This document shows, in pieces, positions 1-9,789 of a stretch of DNA of 64,000 bases (its first letter is position 1; each line of letters begins with the position of its first letter). The DNA lies in IMG/VR virus record IMGVR_UViG_3300037245_001434. The stretch is one strand, 5' to 3'. Both the position numbers and the translations under genes were made by a program. The notes under the pieces were generated by a model, which was not told where the DNA came from, made no database searches, and was given only the letters and a program-made list of their open reading frames with translations. This DNA comes from an uncultured virus (IMG/VR IMGVR_UViG_3300037245_001434) (Duplodnaviria > Heunggongvirae > Uroviricota > Caudoviricetes).

Positions 1-219
1 ATCTTGCTTAAGTAGGTACTCATAAAATATCTCACTGTGGTCATCGTGGAGCCAGATAAGGAGGTCGTAGGCTGTATTGGCCGCAGTGTTCATTGTTCGA
101 TCTCCGCGCTCCCATTTATCCAGAGTCCCGCGATCTACGTTTAGTGCGAGCATCATCTCTTTTGTTGATAAGCCTAGGTACAGGCGCTTTTGTTTTGGGG
201 CCATAGCTTTATTTAACAT
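1..219 (-). CDS. XRE-type HTH protein, runs off the window edge
   Basis: Manual translation MLNKAMAPKQKRLYLGLSTKEMMLALNVDRGTLDKWERGDR... fits an XRE HTH pattern; no stop before position 1. Confidence 0.6.
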   Translation of the reverse strand, partial: MLNKAMAPKQKRLYLGLSTKEMMLALNVDRGTLDKWERGDRTMNTAANTAYDLLIWLHDDHSEIFYEYLLKQD

Positions 220-401
220 GTGTATAACGCCCCATCTTTTTTATATGCAGGAGCCATACTAGATCCACCTTTATAGTAAATAATGCCGCGAATGCAATCG
301 GTGCTATAGCCAAATCGATGGTCAGAAGATTCAATCTCATTGCATCCGGTCATAAATAACAAGACGGTCAAGCAAGCCACTAACAGTGGTGCTTTTTTCA
401 T
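213..401 (-). CDS. small predicted lipoprotein
   Basis: MKK, hydrophobic stretch, then MTGC lipobox-like motif. Confidence 0.55.
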   Translation of the reverse strand: MKKAPLLVACLTVLLFMTGCNEIESSDHRFGYSTDCIRGIIYYKGGSSMAPAYKKDGALYTC

Positions 402-408
402 AGCCTGG

Positions 409-708
409 TTATTTGCAATCATTATAAACCTGTCCCTCTAACTCTTCCTTAGTCCCAACAAAAGGAAAATAGCTAGCAGATGTGTAATCAGTTATTTGAT
501 CGCTAATATCAAAGCACTCCCACCCTTTACCCTCAATTAGCTTCATTACCACCTCTTCTTTTTCAGCTATTTTAAGTTGCCTTATCAGTTCAGCGATCCT
601 CTCCTTTAGGCGGTCAGCCTCGCCTATATAGCTACTACCGGCGCTCTTTGCTAGGAAGTCTCTGATCTCTTTATCATCTAAGGTTTCGTGGATGTGTATA
701 TTTTTCAT
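409..708 (-). CDS. hypothetical protein
   Basis: 99-aa ORF with GGAG RBS, downstream of a consensus promoter. Confidence 0.6.
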   Translation of the reverse strand: MKNIHIHETLDDKEIRDFLAKSAGSSYIGEADRLKERIAELIRQLKIAEKEEVVMKLIEGKGWECFDISDQITDYTSASYFPFVGTKEELEGQVYNDCK

Positions 709-747
709 TGTCTTGCTCCGCTTGGTTTGTGTCTTAACTTGTAATCA

Positions 748-775
748 ATTATACCCCCAATGGGGGAATAGTCAA
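748..775 (-). promoter_or_regulatory. sigma70-type promoter TTGACT-N16-TATAAT, spacer palindrome CCCCCAATGGGGG
   Basis: Direct consensus match; the palindrome could be an operator. Confidence 0.65.
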
Positions 776-851
776 GTTAATATCCCACTTGTTTCACCTT
801 ACTAACAGTCAATTAATTGACACAATTACAATCATGCGTCAAAATACCATC

Positions 852-2018
852 ATGACCACAAGAACTGATCGTATAGTAATCGACGGGCTAAAGCGCAATG
901 ACAATGATTTTTTAGTCGTTTCTGCCAAGCCTACCCGCGCCGGTGTCTTTAACTACCTGAATCATGATGGGTCTATGAGGCGAGAGCTTCGACACCCTGA
1001 CGAGGTATTTAAGGCCGACTCTATGGCCACCCTCCAATCAACTCCGCTCACAGATTTACATCCTGCAAATGGTCGAGTCACATCACGCAATAGCAAGGCT
1101 CTCATGGTCGGGATTCAGTCTGGTGACGTAAAGCGAACAGACGACGACTACATTGAGACAAAAATCACCGTTACCGATGAAGATGCAATCAGCAAGATTG
1201 AGGCTAAGTCTCAAGTTGAGCTGTCATGCGGTTACGATGTTGATGTGGTAGATGAGGCTGGTGAATACAACGGCGAACCCTACGACTGCCGCCAAACAAA
1301 CATACGCTACAACCATATAGCCATAGTCCCTAAAGGTCGCGCAGGTTCTAAGGCTCGTATTTATTGCGACAGTATTGATGCTGCTGCATCTGAAGATTTT
1401 GAACTCATACTTGACGAGGAAGAACCGATGACCACTAAGACCCTTATCTCCAAGACCGTCAATAAAATGACACTTGGTTCATTAAAGCTTGATGCTATTG
1501 AGCTTAAACTAGATGAGGATGCGATGCTGGTTATTGCCCCTCTTCTAAAGCGAGCTGATGAACTTGAAGCGCATGCGTCGCAACTGCAGTCAGATAATGA
1601 CGGCCTAACCGGTCAAATTGATCAGCTTAAAGCAGATAGTGAAAAGCTAGTATCTACCGATGGACTTAATGCACTGGCAATTGAGCGTGCAGACGTTCTT
1701 GGTGTTGCTGCTCATGTTGGCCTAGAGAGCTTCGACGAATTATCAAACACCGACATCAAACGCAAGGTAATCGAAAAGCGCAATGACGGTCTTAAGCTTG
1801 ATGGCAAATCAGCTGAATATGTCGCGGCTCGCTTTGATGCCATCACCGAGCAGTTTGCTAGTGAAGTTAAGGGATTCAAATCTTTAGCTCTGCTTCATGC
1901 TGCTGTTAAGGGTGCGCAACCATCTCACGAAGACAGCCAGGACGAACCCGTAAAATCACCGCGTGACACATATCTAGAAAGGGTATCTGACATGCACAAA
2001 GACACCCTTAAGCACTAA
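852..2018 (+). CDS. prohead protease/scaffold (DUF2213 family)
   Basis: TRAGVFNY, ELSCGYD and YNHIAIVPKGRAG motifs; coiled-coil C-terminus; upstream of capsid genes. Confidence 0.85.
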   Translation: MTTRTDRIVIDGLKRNDNDFLVVSAKPTRAGVFNYLNHDGSMRRELRHPDEVFKADSMATLQSTPLTDLHPANGRVTSRNSKALMVGIQSGDVKRTDDDYIETKITVTDEDAISKIEAKSQVELSCGYDVDVVDEAGEYNGEPYDCRQTNIRYNHIAIVPKGRAGSKARIYCDSIDAAASEDFELILDEEEPMTTKTLISKTVNKMTLGSLKLDAIELKLDEDAMLVIAPLLKRADELEAHASQLQSDNDGLTGQIDQLKADSEKLVSTDGLNALAIERADVLGVAAHVGLESFDELSNTDIKRKVIEKRNDGLKLDGKSAEYVAARFDAITEQFASEVKGFKSLALLHAAVKGAQPSHEDSQDEPVKSPRDTYLERVSDMHKDTLKH

Positions 2019-2039
2019 GCTCAATACAGGACAAATACA

Positions 2040-2819
2040 ATGCAAACCGATTACAATGATTTGACCGCATCCGTAGAGGGTGGGCTGGCAGATATCGGAT
2101 TCACCGATAAAGTCAGTCGTGCCGCTGGTGCTAATGTTGCTCAGGTAGCGACTATTACAATTGATACTGAGGCCAATACTACCGCCTATACCTTCGTAGT
2201 CAATGGTCACACTATTACATATACCTCAGATGCTTCTGGCACATTCGCAGAAATTCAGGCTGGTTTAGTTGCGGCTGGTGTCGCTATGAGCTGGCTGACT
2301 GGAGTAGTAACTTTTGGCGGAGTATCGCCCGATGTAACTATTACTGCTGATGTTGCTGGCACTCCAATGACCGTCACCGAGGCAGACTCTAATCTAACCC
2401 TAGTGGCAACCACTGCAAATGCTACTGGCAACCCAATCCCATTTGGACGCGGACTTGCTCAGAACCTAACTAATGCTGAATTGGTAGCACTGCCAGGGGC
2501 TACAGGCTTCACTCTGGCAGGCGTATCTGTACAGACCAACCAGTATCGTGAGAACAGCAATGGTCTTGCTCAGTATCGTGAAGGTCAAGCAATCACCACC
2601 CTGAGAAAAGGCCGTATCTGGGTTACATCAGAAGATGCAATTACCTCGCTAGCTGATGCTGTCTATATCCGGCACACAGCAAATGGGGCGGTTAACCTAC
2701 CTGGTCGATTCCGCACTGATGGTGATTCGTCAAAAGCTGATGTTGTAGCGAATGCCGAATGGAAGTCTCTAACCACAGCCGTCAATCAATTGGCACTTTT
2801 AGAAATCAACCTGCCTTAG
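2040..2819 (+). CDS. head decoration/cement protein with inserted beta-rich domain
   Basis: Between protease and MCP; IPFGRG and LRKGRIWV motifs; Thr/Val-rich insert at about aa 33-128. Confidence 0.7.
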   Translation: MQTDYNDLTASVEGGLADIGFTDKVSRAAGANVAQVATITIDTEANTTAYTFVVNGHTITYTSDASGTFAEIQAGLVAAGVAMSWLTGVVTFGGVSPDVTITADVAGTPMTVTEADSNLTLVATTANATGNPIPFGRGLAQNLTNAELVALPGATGFTLAGVSVQTNQYRENSNGLAQYREGQAITTLRKGRIWVTSEDAITSLADAVYIRHTANGAVNLPGRFRTDGDSSKADVVANAEWKSLTTAVNQLALLEINLP

Positions 2820-2853
2820 TCGGTAGTTAATCAATCCATAAGAGGATACAAAG

Positions 2854-3843
2854 ATGAAACGTCGTTACATTACCGACTGCATTCAGGCCGCTACAGAGCT
2901 TGGTGTTGTCAGCAAAAACGGGCCGCTACATACTGATGCTGGCGAGTCTCTATTTTTAGAGCGCCAACTTGAGGCTGTAGAAACTCGCCTTTACGAGCAG
3001 AAACTACGTGAGCTTCGCTATCGTAAGTTTATCCCGATTACCGGCGTTGCCGGTGCCGGTGCTGCAACCATTACCTACTACCTTTACACTAAGGTAGGTA
3101 TGGCTAAAATCATTGCTAACCCCTCTGATGATCTGCCACGGTCTGACGTATACGCAACACGTCACACCATGAACGTTCACAATGAAGGCACTAGCTTTGG
3201 TTACAGTACCAGTGATCTACGCCAAGCAGTATTTGCAGGTGTACCACTTGACACCATGAAGGCAGATGCTGCACGTCGTGGTATCCATGAGTTAGAGAAT
3301 ACCCTGGCTTGGACTGGTGATAGTGATCATGGCATTGTAGGCTTCTTGGCTAACCCCAATATCCCTACCGTTCAAGCTCCTCAGAATGCAGGCGCAACAT
3401 CCCGCGCATGGGCTGATAAAACAGCTGATGAGCAGATCAATGATGTTCGATTGCTAACCTCGGGTATTCGTACTGCTACTCGTGGTGTTCATGAAGGTAA
3501 TGTGTTGCTCGTACCTCAAGCGCAATACGACATCATGGCCAACACCCCGCGCTCAACTCATAGTGATACTACTGTTCTACAGTTTATTACAAACCCTGGA
3601 AACAGTTTCGGCCTATCTACTGTTGATTGGTTGTTTGAGTTGGAAGGCGCTGGAACCGGTGGTTCAGACATGGCACTATGCTATGAGCTGGATGACGAAG
3701 TATTGCAAATGCACATCCCTATGGAAATGCAGATGCTTCCACCACAAGCCCGAAACATGGAATTCATCATTCCTGTTGAAGCAGAGGTTGCTGGTGTAGT
3801 TGTTCGCTACCCACTAGCTTGTCGTACACTTTACGACATTTAA
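2854..3843 (+). CDS. major capsid protein (DUF2184 family, HK97 fold)
   Basis: FLERQLEAVE, DDLPRSD, AWTGDSDHGIVGFLANPN and GVVVRYP motifs. Confidence 0.9.
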   Translation: MKRRYITDCIQAATELGVVSKNGPLHTDAGESLFLERQLEAVETRLYEQKLRELRYRKFIPITGVAGAGAATITYYLYTKVGMAKIIANPSDDLPRSDVYATRHTMNVHNEGTSFGYSTSDLRQAVFAGVPLDTMKADAARRGIHELENTLAWTGDSDHGIVGFLANPNIPTVQAPQNAGATSRAWADKTADEQINDVRLLTSGIRTATRGVHEGNVLLVPQAQYDIMANTPRSTHSDTTVLQFITNPGNSFGLSTVDWLFELEGAGTGGSDMALCYELDDEVLQMHIPMEMQMLPPQARNMEFIIPVEAEVAGVVVRYPLACRTLYDI

Positions 3844-3882
3844 TAGTTCTCTCAGGCCAGGGAAGGCCACCCCAAATTAGGA

Positions 3883-4371
3883 ATGCTTATGAGCACACCA
3901 AACGCAGTCGTTATTTTTAACGGCACCACTCAACACACGTTCTCAGCAAAGGCCAATTGCCTTGTGACTTTGAACCCAGGTCAGAATGTTGTATCTCTGG
4001 CAAAGATTGCAGCACTATCTGGCGAAACTGACAGTACAGATGAGGAAGAGATCAAGATTGCTACACGATGCACGTCTGAAGCATTTGTAGAAATGATTAT
4101 TGATGGGACGATCAAGGTGATCAACGGGAAAGGAATTGACGCAAATACAACTGAAGGCGTAAATACTTCAGGCACCAAAGATGCAAGCGAAGACACTATC
4201 AATGTTGACATCGTTCAGCTTGGCGCACGTGACGCAGCGGCTATCATTAAAGAAGTAACTGATGTCTCTATTGTTCAGGGCTACCTTGACGCTGAGAACC
4301 TATCAGGCGACCCACGCCCTACCGTAGTAAAGGCATGTGAAAAAGCCATCAAAACATTGACGGTAGATTAA
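3883..4371 (+). CDS. hypothetical virion-associated protein
   Basis: Directly after MCP, RBS present. Confidence 0.5.
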   Translation: MLMSTPNAVVIFNGTTQHTFSAKANCLVTLNPGQNVVSLAKIAALSGETDSTDEEEIKIATRCTSEAFVEMIIDGTIKVINGKGIDANTTEGVNTSGTKDASEDTINVDIVQLGARDAAAIIKEVTDVSIVQGYLDAENLSGDPRPTVVKACEKAIKTLTVD

Positions 4372-4374
4372 GTA

Positions 4375-4737
4375 ATGCTGCCAACACTTGATGAGGTTAA
4401 GATAGTTGCGGGTGACGATGACTATGTACAGAGCATAGAAGACGATAATGACCCTGCTTTTGTTTTGATCTCATCATTTGTTGATACGATGGCTCCTGCT
4501 GCTAAATATGGCAGTAATACAAAGCTAGCTCAAACCTATTTAGCGGCTCATTTTCTCTCTCTCGCTCAAACTGATGCCGGTGGTCGTGGCCCTGTTTCAT
4601 CTGAAACAATTGGCGGGGTGTCGCGTTCATGGACATTGCCATATCTGAACCGCGAAACGATCATAGCCTCAACTCAATACGGGTTAATGTTCCTAGAGAT
4701 CAGAGAAAGCACAACTCCAGGTATATTGGTTGTCTAA
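4375..4737 (+). CDS. head-tail adaptor (DUF4054-like)
   Basis: YLAAHFL, SSETIGGVSRS and STQYGLMF motifs. Confidence 0.8.
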   Translation: MLPTLDEVKIVAGDDDYVQSIEDDNDPAFVLISSFVDTMAPAAKYGSNTKLAQTYLAAHFLSLAQTDAGGRGPVSSETIGGVSRSWTLPYLNRETIIASTQYGLMFLEIRESTTPGILVV

Positions 4738-5078
4738 TGCGTATCGCCTTACTTATCGCCATGATGACGTTCTCACAAGTCGTATCGGCTGATTATTGGC
4801 GCACATCTGCCAACACGCTATTAGTCGTTGATTGGCTTCAAACCCGATATATAGCAGACAATCCAGATAAGCACGGCGAAATAAACCCAATTATGGGTAA
4901 GCACCCGTCAATGGGCGAGGTGAACGCTTATTTCTTAGGCTCCGCTATTGTCATGAATCTAATTGGTGAGTATGCCCTAGATTCACCAGATAAAAAAACA
5001 TTTTATGTATTCATCACGGGCATGGAGACGTTAGCCATTTCAAATAATATTAAGCTTGGGATAAAACTAAGGTTTTAA
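4737..5078 (+). CDS. exported/membrane protein inserted in the neck module
   Basis: Signal-peptide-like N-terminus; DWLQTRYIA..GEINPIMGKHPS; start coupled to upstream stop (TAATG). Confidence 0.55.
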   Translation: MRIALLIAMMTFSQVVSADYWRTSANTLLVVDWLQTRYIADNPDKHGEINPIMGKHPSMGEVNAYFLGSAIVMNLIGEYALDSPDKKTFYVFITGMETLAISNNIKLGIKLRF

Positions 5079-5079
5079 T

Positions 5080-5529
5080 ATGGCGGCCTCTCAAGTCGAA
5101 GATATTGATATGGGTATGCAGGCCATCATAGATGAGATCAATACTGAAACCGGTCATGTTGACATAGGTATCCATGCTGAAGAGTCAGAAGAGCTTTTGA
5201 TTATTGCAGGAGCTAATGAGTTTGGAACCAAAAACATACCAGCAAGGCCATATATTCGCGGCGCTATCGATACAAACGAAACAGAGTTAATGGGCCACGC
5301 TAATGCCCTTAGTGACATGATACTCGCTGGCACAATGACAAAGTATAACGCCCTAGTTGAAATGGGGCAGTTGATTGAAGGCATGACAAAGAGATATATG
5401 ATTAATCTGAGTGAGCCTCCAAACGCACCGGCAACTATCAAAGCAAAAGGTGAAGATAACCCCCTTATTGATAAGGGCCATCTTATGGGTGCTGTTCGCT
5501 ATGTAGTCAAGCCTGGAGCTGCTGCATAA
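5080..5529 (+). CDS. neck/tail completion protein
   Basis: NEFGTKNIPARPYIR, PPNAPATIKAKG and PLIDKG motifs. Confidence 0.8.
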   Translation: MAASQVEDIDMGMQAIIDEINTETGHVDIGIHAEESEELLIIAGANEFGTKNIPARPYIRGAIDTNETELMGHANALSDMILAGTMTKYNALVEMGQLIEGMTKRYMINLSEPPNAPATIKAKGEDNPLIDKGHLMGAVRYVVKPGAAA

Positions 5530-5864
5530 TGGCCGCTTCAATGATCAAAACAATCAGGCGCAATGTGAAGAGCTACACGCTCACCTCTGTCGGCGCATCA
5601 TCCTTTGATAATGACGGATATGGCGTTGATGCTGCTGGCTCAGGCGCGACAGTTAGTGCTCATATTCAACCAGCTGGTGACAAAGACCTTAGAAATATGG
5701 CTGAAGGTCAGAATACATTGCAGTGGATAGTAATATGGTCTGAGGTAAATCTACCTGTTAAGCACAAAGTAACCTATGGCGGCATCGTGTACACCATACA
5801 GAAAACCCAGTATTGGGATGACGGCGGCTTTTATAGAGCTATGGCCGTCTTTGTGGATGACTAA
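5529..5864 (+). CDS. head closure protein
   Basis: Synteny; AHIQPAGDKDLRNMAEG motif. Confidence 0.7.
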   Translation: MAASMIKTIRRNVKSYTLTSVGASSFDNDGYGVDAAGSGATVSAHIQPAGDKDLRNMAEGQNTLQWIVIWSEVNLPVKHKVTYGGIVYTIQKTQYWDDGGFYRAMAVFVDD

Positions 5865-6427
5865 TGGCTATTATTCTCGTTACAGATTACCCAGGCATGA
5901 AGACTGCGCTTCTTACGTGGATTCGCGCCTATGCTGATGTCGGCACCGCTATATTTATCAACCAAGAAGCTGATCGACCAGCAAAGCCATACGCAACACT
6001 TCAGATAATTGCAGACAATATCAAGACCGGCGATGATGATGTGCGTCAAGAATTTGACGGTGGTGGCCCTACCTTAAAACACAGGGTAGTTGGGATGCGT
6101 GAAATGACCGCTCAGCTCACTGTTTATACGGAACCAGCAGAAAGTGTATCTGATGTTGAAGCGGCCGATAAGCTCAATACATTGCTGATTTCACTAGATC
6201 ATCCTGAAGTAGTAAGTGTGCTAAATAGTGCAAATGTGACGGTTTTACGTCATACTCCTGTCATTAGGTTAGATGAGCAGCTTGGCCAAAGATGGGAACG
6301 AAGAGCGGCCTCTGATTTGAGGCTGATGTATACCGCCGAGAGTGTCGATGATGGCAGCTTTGGCGAATGGGTCGAGACAGTTCAGATACCAACCACTGAA
6401 AATGGCAATTTAACAGTAAACACATAG
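5864..6427 (+). CDS. tail terminator/neck protein
   Basis: Precedes sheath; RPAKPYATL and WERRA motifs. Confidence 0.7.
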   Translation: MAIILVTDYPGMKTALLTWIRAYADVGTAIFINQEADRPAKPYATLQIIADNIKTGDDDVRQEFDGGGPTLKHRVVGMREMTAQLTVYTEPAESVSDVEAADKLNTLLISLDHPEVVSVLNSANVTVLRHTPVIRLDEQLGQRWERRAASDLRLMYTAESVDDGSFGEWVETVQIPTTENGNLTVNT

Positions 6428-6436
6428 GATTGAACA

Positions 6437-7714
6437 ATGACTGAAATCACCGATGTCGTTAATGTAACGATTAATGTTGCTGATACACGCATCAGTAGAG
6501 AGGGATTTGGCACTATCCTAGTATTCGATACTGTTGCTGATTCTGTATTCTCTGAGCGAACAAAATCATACCCAAATATTGCAGCTGTTGTCACTGACTT
6601 TGCAGCTACTACGAAAGTGCATAAGGCGTCTACAGCTGTTTTCTCACAGACTCGCACACCAACATCTATTAAGGTTGGTCGTCATGAATCTGGTGATGCG
6701 TCACTGACTACCGCATTAGCGGCTATTCTTGCTGAGGATAGTGATTTCTACGCTGTTGCAAGCGCCAAGAAAGCTAGCTCTGATATTCAGCTGATTGCTG
6801 CATGGTGTGAGGCTAACGGCAAAATCTTCATTGGCCAATCATCAGACGCAGACGTATTGACCGCCGTTGATACTGATATTGCATCACTACTACAGGCATC
6901 AAGCTACAACAAAACCGCATATATGTGGCACCATCAAGTAGTTCAGGATCGTACTGGCGTTGTCGCTGTTGTTGCTTCAGGTATTGCAACCATCACCCAG
7001 GCACTACACGGGCTACGCATTGGCGACCCTGTTACGTTTGATAACTCTGCAACGGTTGCCATTGATGGCGATAATGTTGTTGCAACTATCCCAACCGATG
7101 GAACCTATACAGTAACTACTACCGCTGGAGATGCAACGGGTACAGTTGATTTCTTCTCTGGCTATAACTTCCCAGAGGCGGCTTGGTTAGGTTACATGCT
7201 ACCTTCTGATCCTGGTTCAGAAACTTGGAAGTTTAAAACGCTTGCTGGTATTCAGATCACCTCCAAAACCCATCTATCGCCATCACAAGAGGCGGTTGCG
7301 CTTGGTAAGAACGCGAACCTATATACCTATCTTGCTGGCGTAGGCCATACGCAAGAAGGAACGATGGCCTCTGGTCGATACATTGACATTGAGCGCGGGT
7401 CTGATTGGATTGAGGCACGAATTGAAGAGGCTATTGCCACTCGACTGCTAAACACTCCAAAGATTCCATACAGTGACGCTGGAGCATCTATATTCAATGC
7501 CGAAATGTCTTCTGTTTTCGATCTCGGAGTAACTCGCGGGGTAATGTCTGAGCTTCTGGACGATTCTGGCGATTTCTATCGAATATTTATTCCGAAGGTA
7601 GCTGATCAATTGACCGCTGATCGCCAAGCCAGATACTTTCCAGGGATCACGGCTGAAATTCAATATGCAGGCGCAGTGCATAAAACAGTAATTACCGTTA
7701 ACGCGACCATTTAG
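6437..7714 (+). CDS. contractile tail sheath protein (DUF3383 family)
   Basis: ITDVVNVTI, PGSETWKFKTLAG, GTMASGRYIDIERGSDW and KIPYSDAG motifs. Confidence 0.9.
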   Translation: MTEITDVVNVTINVADTRISREGFGTILVFDTVADSVFSERTKSYPNIAAVVTDFAATTKVHKASTAVFSQTRTPTSIKVGRHESGDASLTTALAAILAEDSDFYAVASAKKASSDIQLIAAWCEANGKIFIGQSSDADVLTAVDTDIASLLQASSYNKTAYMWHHQVVQDRTGVVAVVASGIATITQALHGLRIGDPVTFDNSATVAIDGDNVVATIPTDGTYTVTTTAGDATGTVDFFSGYNFPEAAWLGYMLPSDPGSETWKFKTLAGIQITSKTHLSPSQEAVALGKNANLYTYLAGVGHTQEGTMASGRYIDIERGSDWIEARIEEAIATRLLNTPKIPYSDAGASIFNAEMSSVFDLGVTRGVMSELLDDSGDFYRIFIPKVADQLTADRQARYFPGITAEIQYAGAVHKTVITVNATI

Positions 7715-7722
7715 AGGCCACC

Positions 7723-8142
7723 ATGAGCATAGAAACTTACAACCCAAAAGATATCAGTGTTGTTATAGGCGGCTTCGTCCTCTCTGGCTTTGCTGATGAT
7801 AAAGTGCGTGTATTTCGTGAGGCTGATGCCTGGGACGATGAGGTTGGTTGTGATGGTGATGTTGTTCGCTTTGCAAGTAATGACAAACGCGGAGAGATTG
7901 AAATCACTCTTCTTCAGACTTCATCATCAAACCTAACACTGTCAACATTGGCAAAAACAGATGAGCTATCAGGTGCCGGTACATTCCCCGCTATCGTTCA
8001 GGATTCACGCGGCAGTGATTTACATGTGGCTGCTACTGCCTGGGTGAAGAAGATCCCAGAGGCAAAATACCGCAAAGGTGTGGTGTCTCGTGTGTGGAGA
8101 ATTAGAACCGACAATCTGCAAACCTTTCTTGGTGGCGCTTAA
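7723..8142 (+). CDS. tail tube protein (DUF3277-like)
   Basis: TYNPKDISV, VGCDG and ITLLQTSSSN motifs; follows sheath. Confidence 0.85.
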   Translation: MSIETYNPKDISVVIGGFVLSGFADDKVRVFREADAWDDEVGCDGDVVRFASNDKRGEIEITLLQTSSSNLTLSTLAKTDELSGAGTFPAIVQDSRGSDLHVAATAWVKKIPEAKYRKGVVSRVWRIRTDNLQTFLGGA

Positions 8143-8555
8143 TGCTTAAACAGAAAACTGTAGCCCTTGGCGATACTGACTTCCTAATTGAGCAGCTACC
8201 AGCTACCGAGGGGCTAGAAGTAACTATTGCTCTTGGCAAAATCATTGCCGGTGCTGCCGAAGGTGTTTCTGATGAGTTTGTACTCACTGTTGACTCTACA
8301 AAGGTAAATGTCGGAAAACTTATCGCTGGCGTAATCAATACGACCGATGTTAAAGGCACGCCTGAATTCATCAAACAGACTATTTGTAAAAGCGTTGTTA
8401 AGCCTGACCTAACAAAAGGCGGCAGTGAGTTCGATATCATCTTTGCTGGCCACTACGATTGGATAGCTGAGATTCTTGAAGAGATCATTGTTCACAATGG
8501 GTTCCATGAGCTGGTAAAAAAAAATCTCTCACGAACTATCGCGCTGCTACAGTAA
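8142..8555 (+). CDS. tail assembly chaperone (short form)
   Basis: Between tube and tape measure; A9 slippery run near the 3' end. Confidence 0.8.
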   Translation: MLKQKTVALGDTDFLIEQLPATEGLEVTIALGKIIAGAAEGVSDEFVLTVDSTKVNVGKLIAGVINTTDVKGTPEFIKQTICKSVVKPDLTKGGSEFDIIFAGHYDWIAEILEEIIVHNGFHELVKKNLSRTIALLQ

Positions 8556-8704
8556 AGCATGATAAATGGAAGGTTCACCCATTATTCCAAAGGCTGATAG
8601 TAAGTAAGCTGGCGACATACCACGAATCGTCTCACTTGCTATCGCTTCAGGAGGTTATCGCATTGAATATATTGCTTGACGATATTGAGGAAGATCAAGA
8701 CTAA
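8516..8704 (+). other. programmed -1 frameshift site (A9, 8516-8524) and extended chaperone frame
   Basis: The -1 frame is open (KSLTNYRAATVKHDKWKVHPLFQRLIVSKLATYHESSHLLSLQEVIALNILLDDIEEDQD*) to TAA 8702-8704, which overlaps the TMP ATG. Confidence 0.8.
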
Positions 8705-9789
8705 TGCCGGTACTTCGCGAACTACTCACAAGGTTCTCATTCGAGACTGATAAAAAAGCGGTCAACGACTACCAATCCAATATCGGAGCTATGAAAAAAT
8801 CAGCTCTGAAACTTGCTGCCGTCCTTGGTGCAGGTGTTGGAGCAAAAGAGCTATTTGGTATGGGCGTATCTGCCAAACAAGCAGAGGCTGACCTACGCCG
8901 CCTTTCTGGCGCTGACTTTAATGATATGCGCAAAGGTCTTGCTTCGCTTAGGGGTGAGCTAGATTCAATCAAGGAAGGCGCTGGAGACATCATAAGAACA
9001 AAAACATTTGATGTTATCGCATCTAGATTTATTGGCCAATTTGGCAAATCTAAGGATGAGATTGAAACATTCAATGCAATACTTGAGGCATCTGCTAAGC
9101 AGGCAATTATTACTGGAACCTCTATCGAAGAGATGTATGAAAGCATAGTTGCCGCTCGAACAGGTGGTGGCTTTGCTGGTCTTATTGGTGTTGGCGGATT
9201 TGATGTTGTTCAGAAAAAAATCACAGAAGATATTATTGCAGCAAAAGACCCTGGTGAGCTTGGTGGAAGGATTGGCTTAGATCTCAGAACAAAGGCTCTG
9301 ATAGAGATCATATCAAAAGCAAGTGACAAGCAGACTGATCAACTTGAAAATCTGGATAGCTCATTAATCCTTATAAGGGATCTTCAGACTGACGTTAAAG
9401 AGGCGACTGAAAAAACAGGCAGCTTTTTAATCGAGAGTGTGGCTAAAACGGTTAGAGCGTTAAGTGGAGATATAAAGTTTTCAGAAAAAACAACTGAGCA
9501 GAACATAAAGAAATCTAATGAGGAGTTAAAAAGCACCTTCTTTGGGCTGTTCAAGGTCAGACCTAGAAGTGATGACGAGTTCATTGATAAGAGAAGCGGT
9601 CTAATAGATAGATCTGGTAAGCCAAAGCCGGTCGTCAAAGAGCAAAATATTGAGGTGAGTATGCCAACCACCATCATTATTAAAAATGCCATGAATGATG
9701 ACGATGTAAAACGGATCGTTAGAGAAGAAGATTCAAAGCGGATTAACGAAGCTAAACGCCAAATCATCAAGAGTGAGGAAACTCCGTGA
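8704..9789 (+). CDS. tape measure protein (short, 361 aa)
   Basis: Position; VLRELLTRFSFETD N-terminus; Ala/Gly-rich helical sequence. Confidence 0.75.
   Translation: MPVLRELLTRFSFETDKKAVNDYQSNIGAMKKSALKLAAVLGAGVGAKELFGMGVSAKQAEADLRRLSGADFNDMRKGLASLRGELDSIKEGAGDIIRTKTFDVIASRFIGQFGKSKDEIETFNAILEASAKQAIITGTSIEEMYESIVAARTGGGFAGLIGVGGFDVVQKKITEDIIAAKDPGELGGRIGLDLRTKALIEIISKASDKQTDQLENLDSSLILIRDLQTDVKEATEKTGSFLIESVAKTVRALSGDIKFSEKTTEQNIKKSNEELKSTFFGLFKVRPRSDDEFIDKRSGLIDRSGKPKPVVKEQNIEVSMPTTIIIKNAMNDDDVKRIVREEDSKRINEAKRQIIKSEETP

Noticed and set aside
3854..3869. GGCCAGGGAAGGCC hairpin (similar motif at 58561-58578)
   Set aside because: Too short to assign a function; only two loose copies
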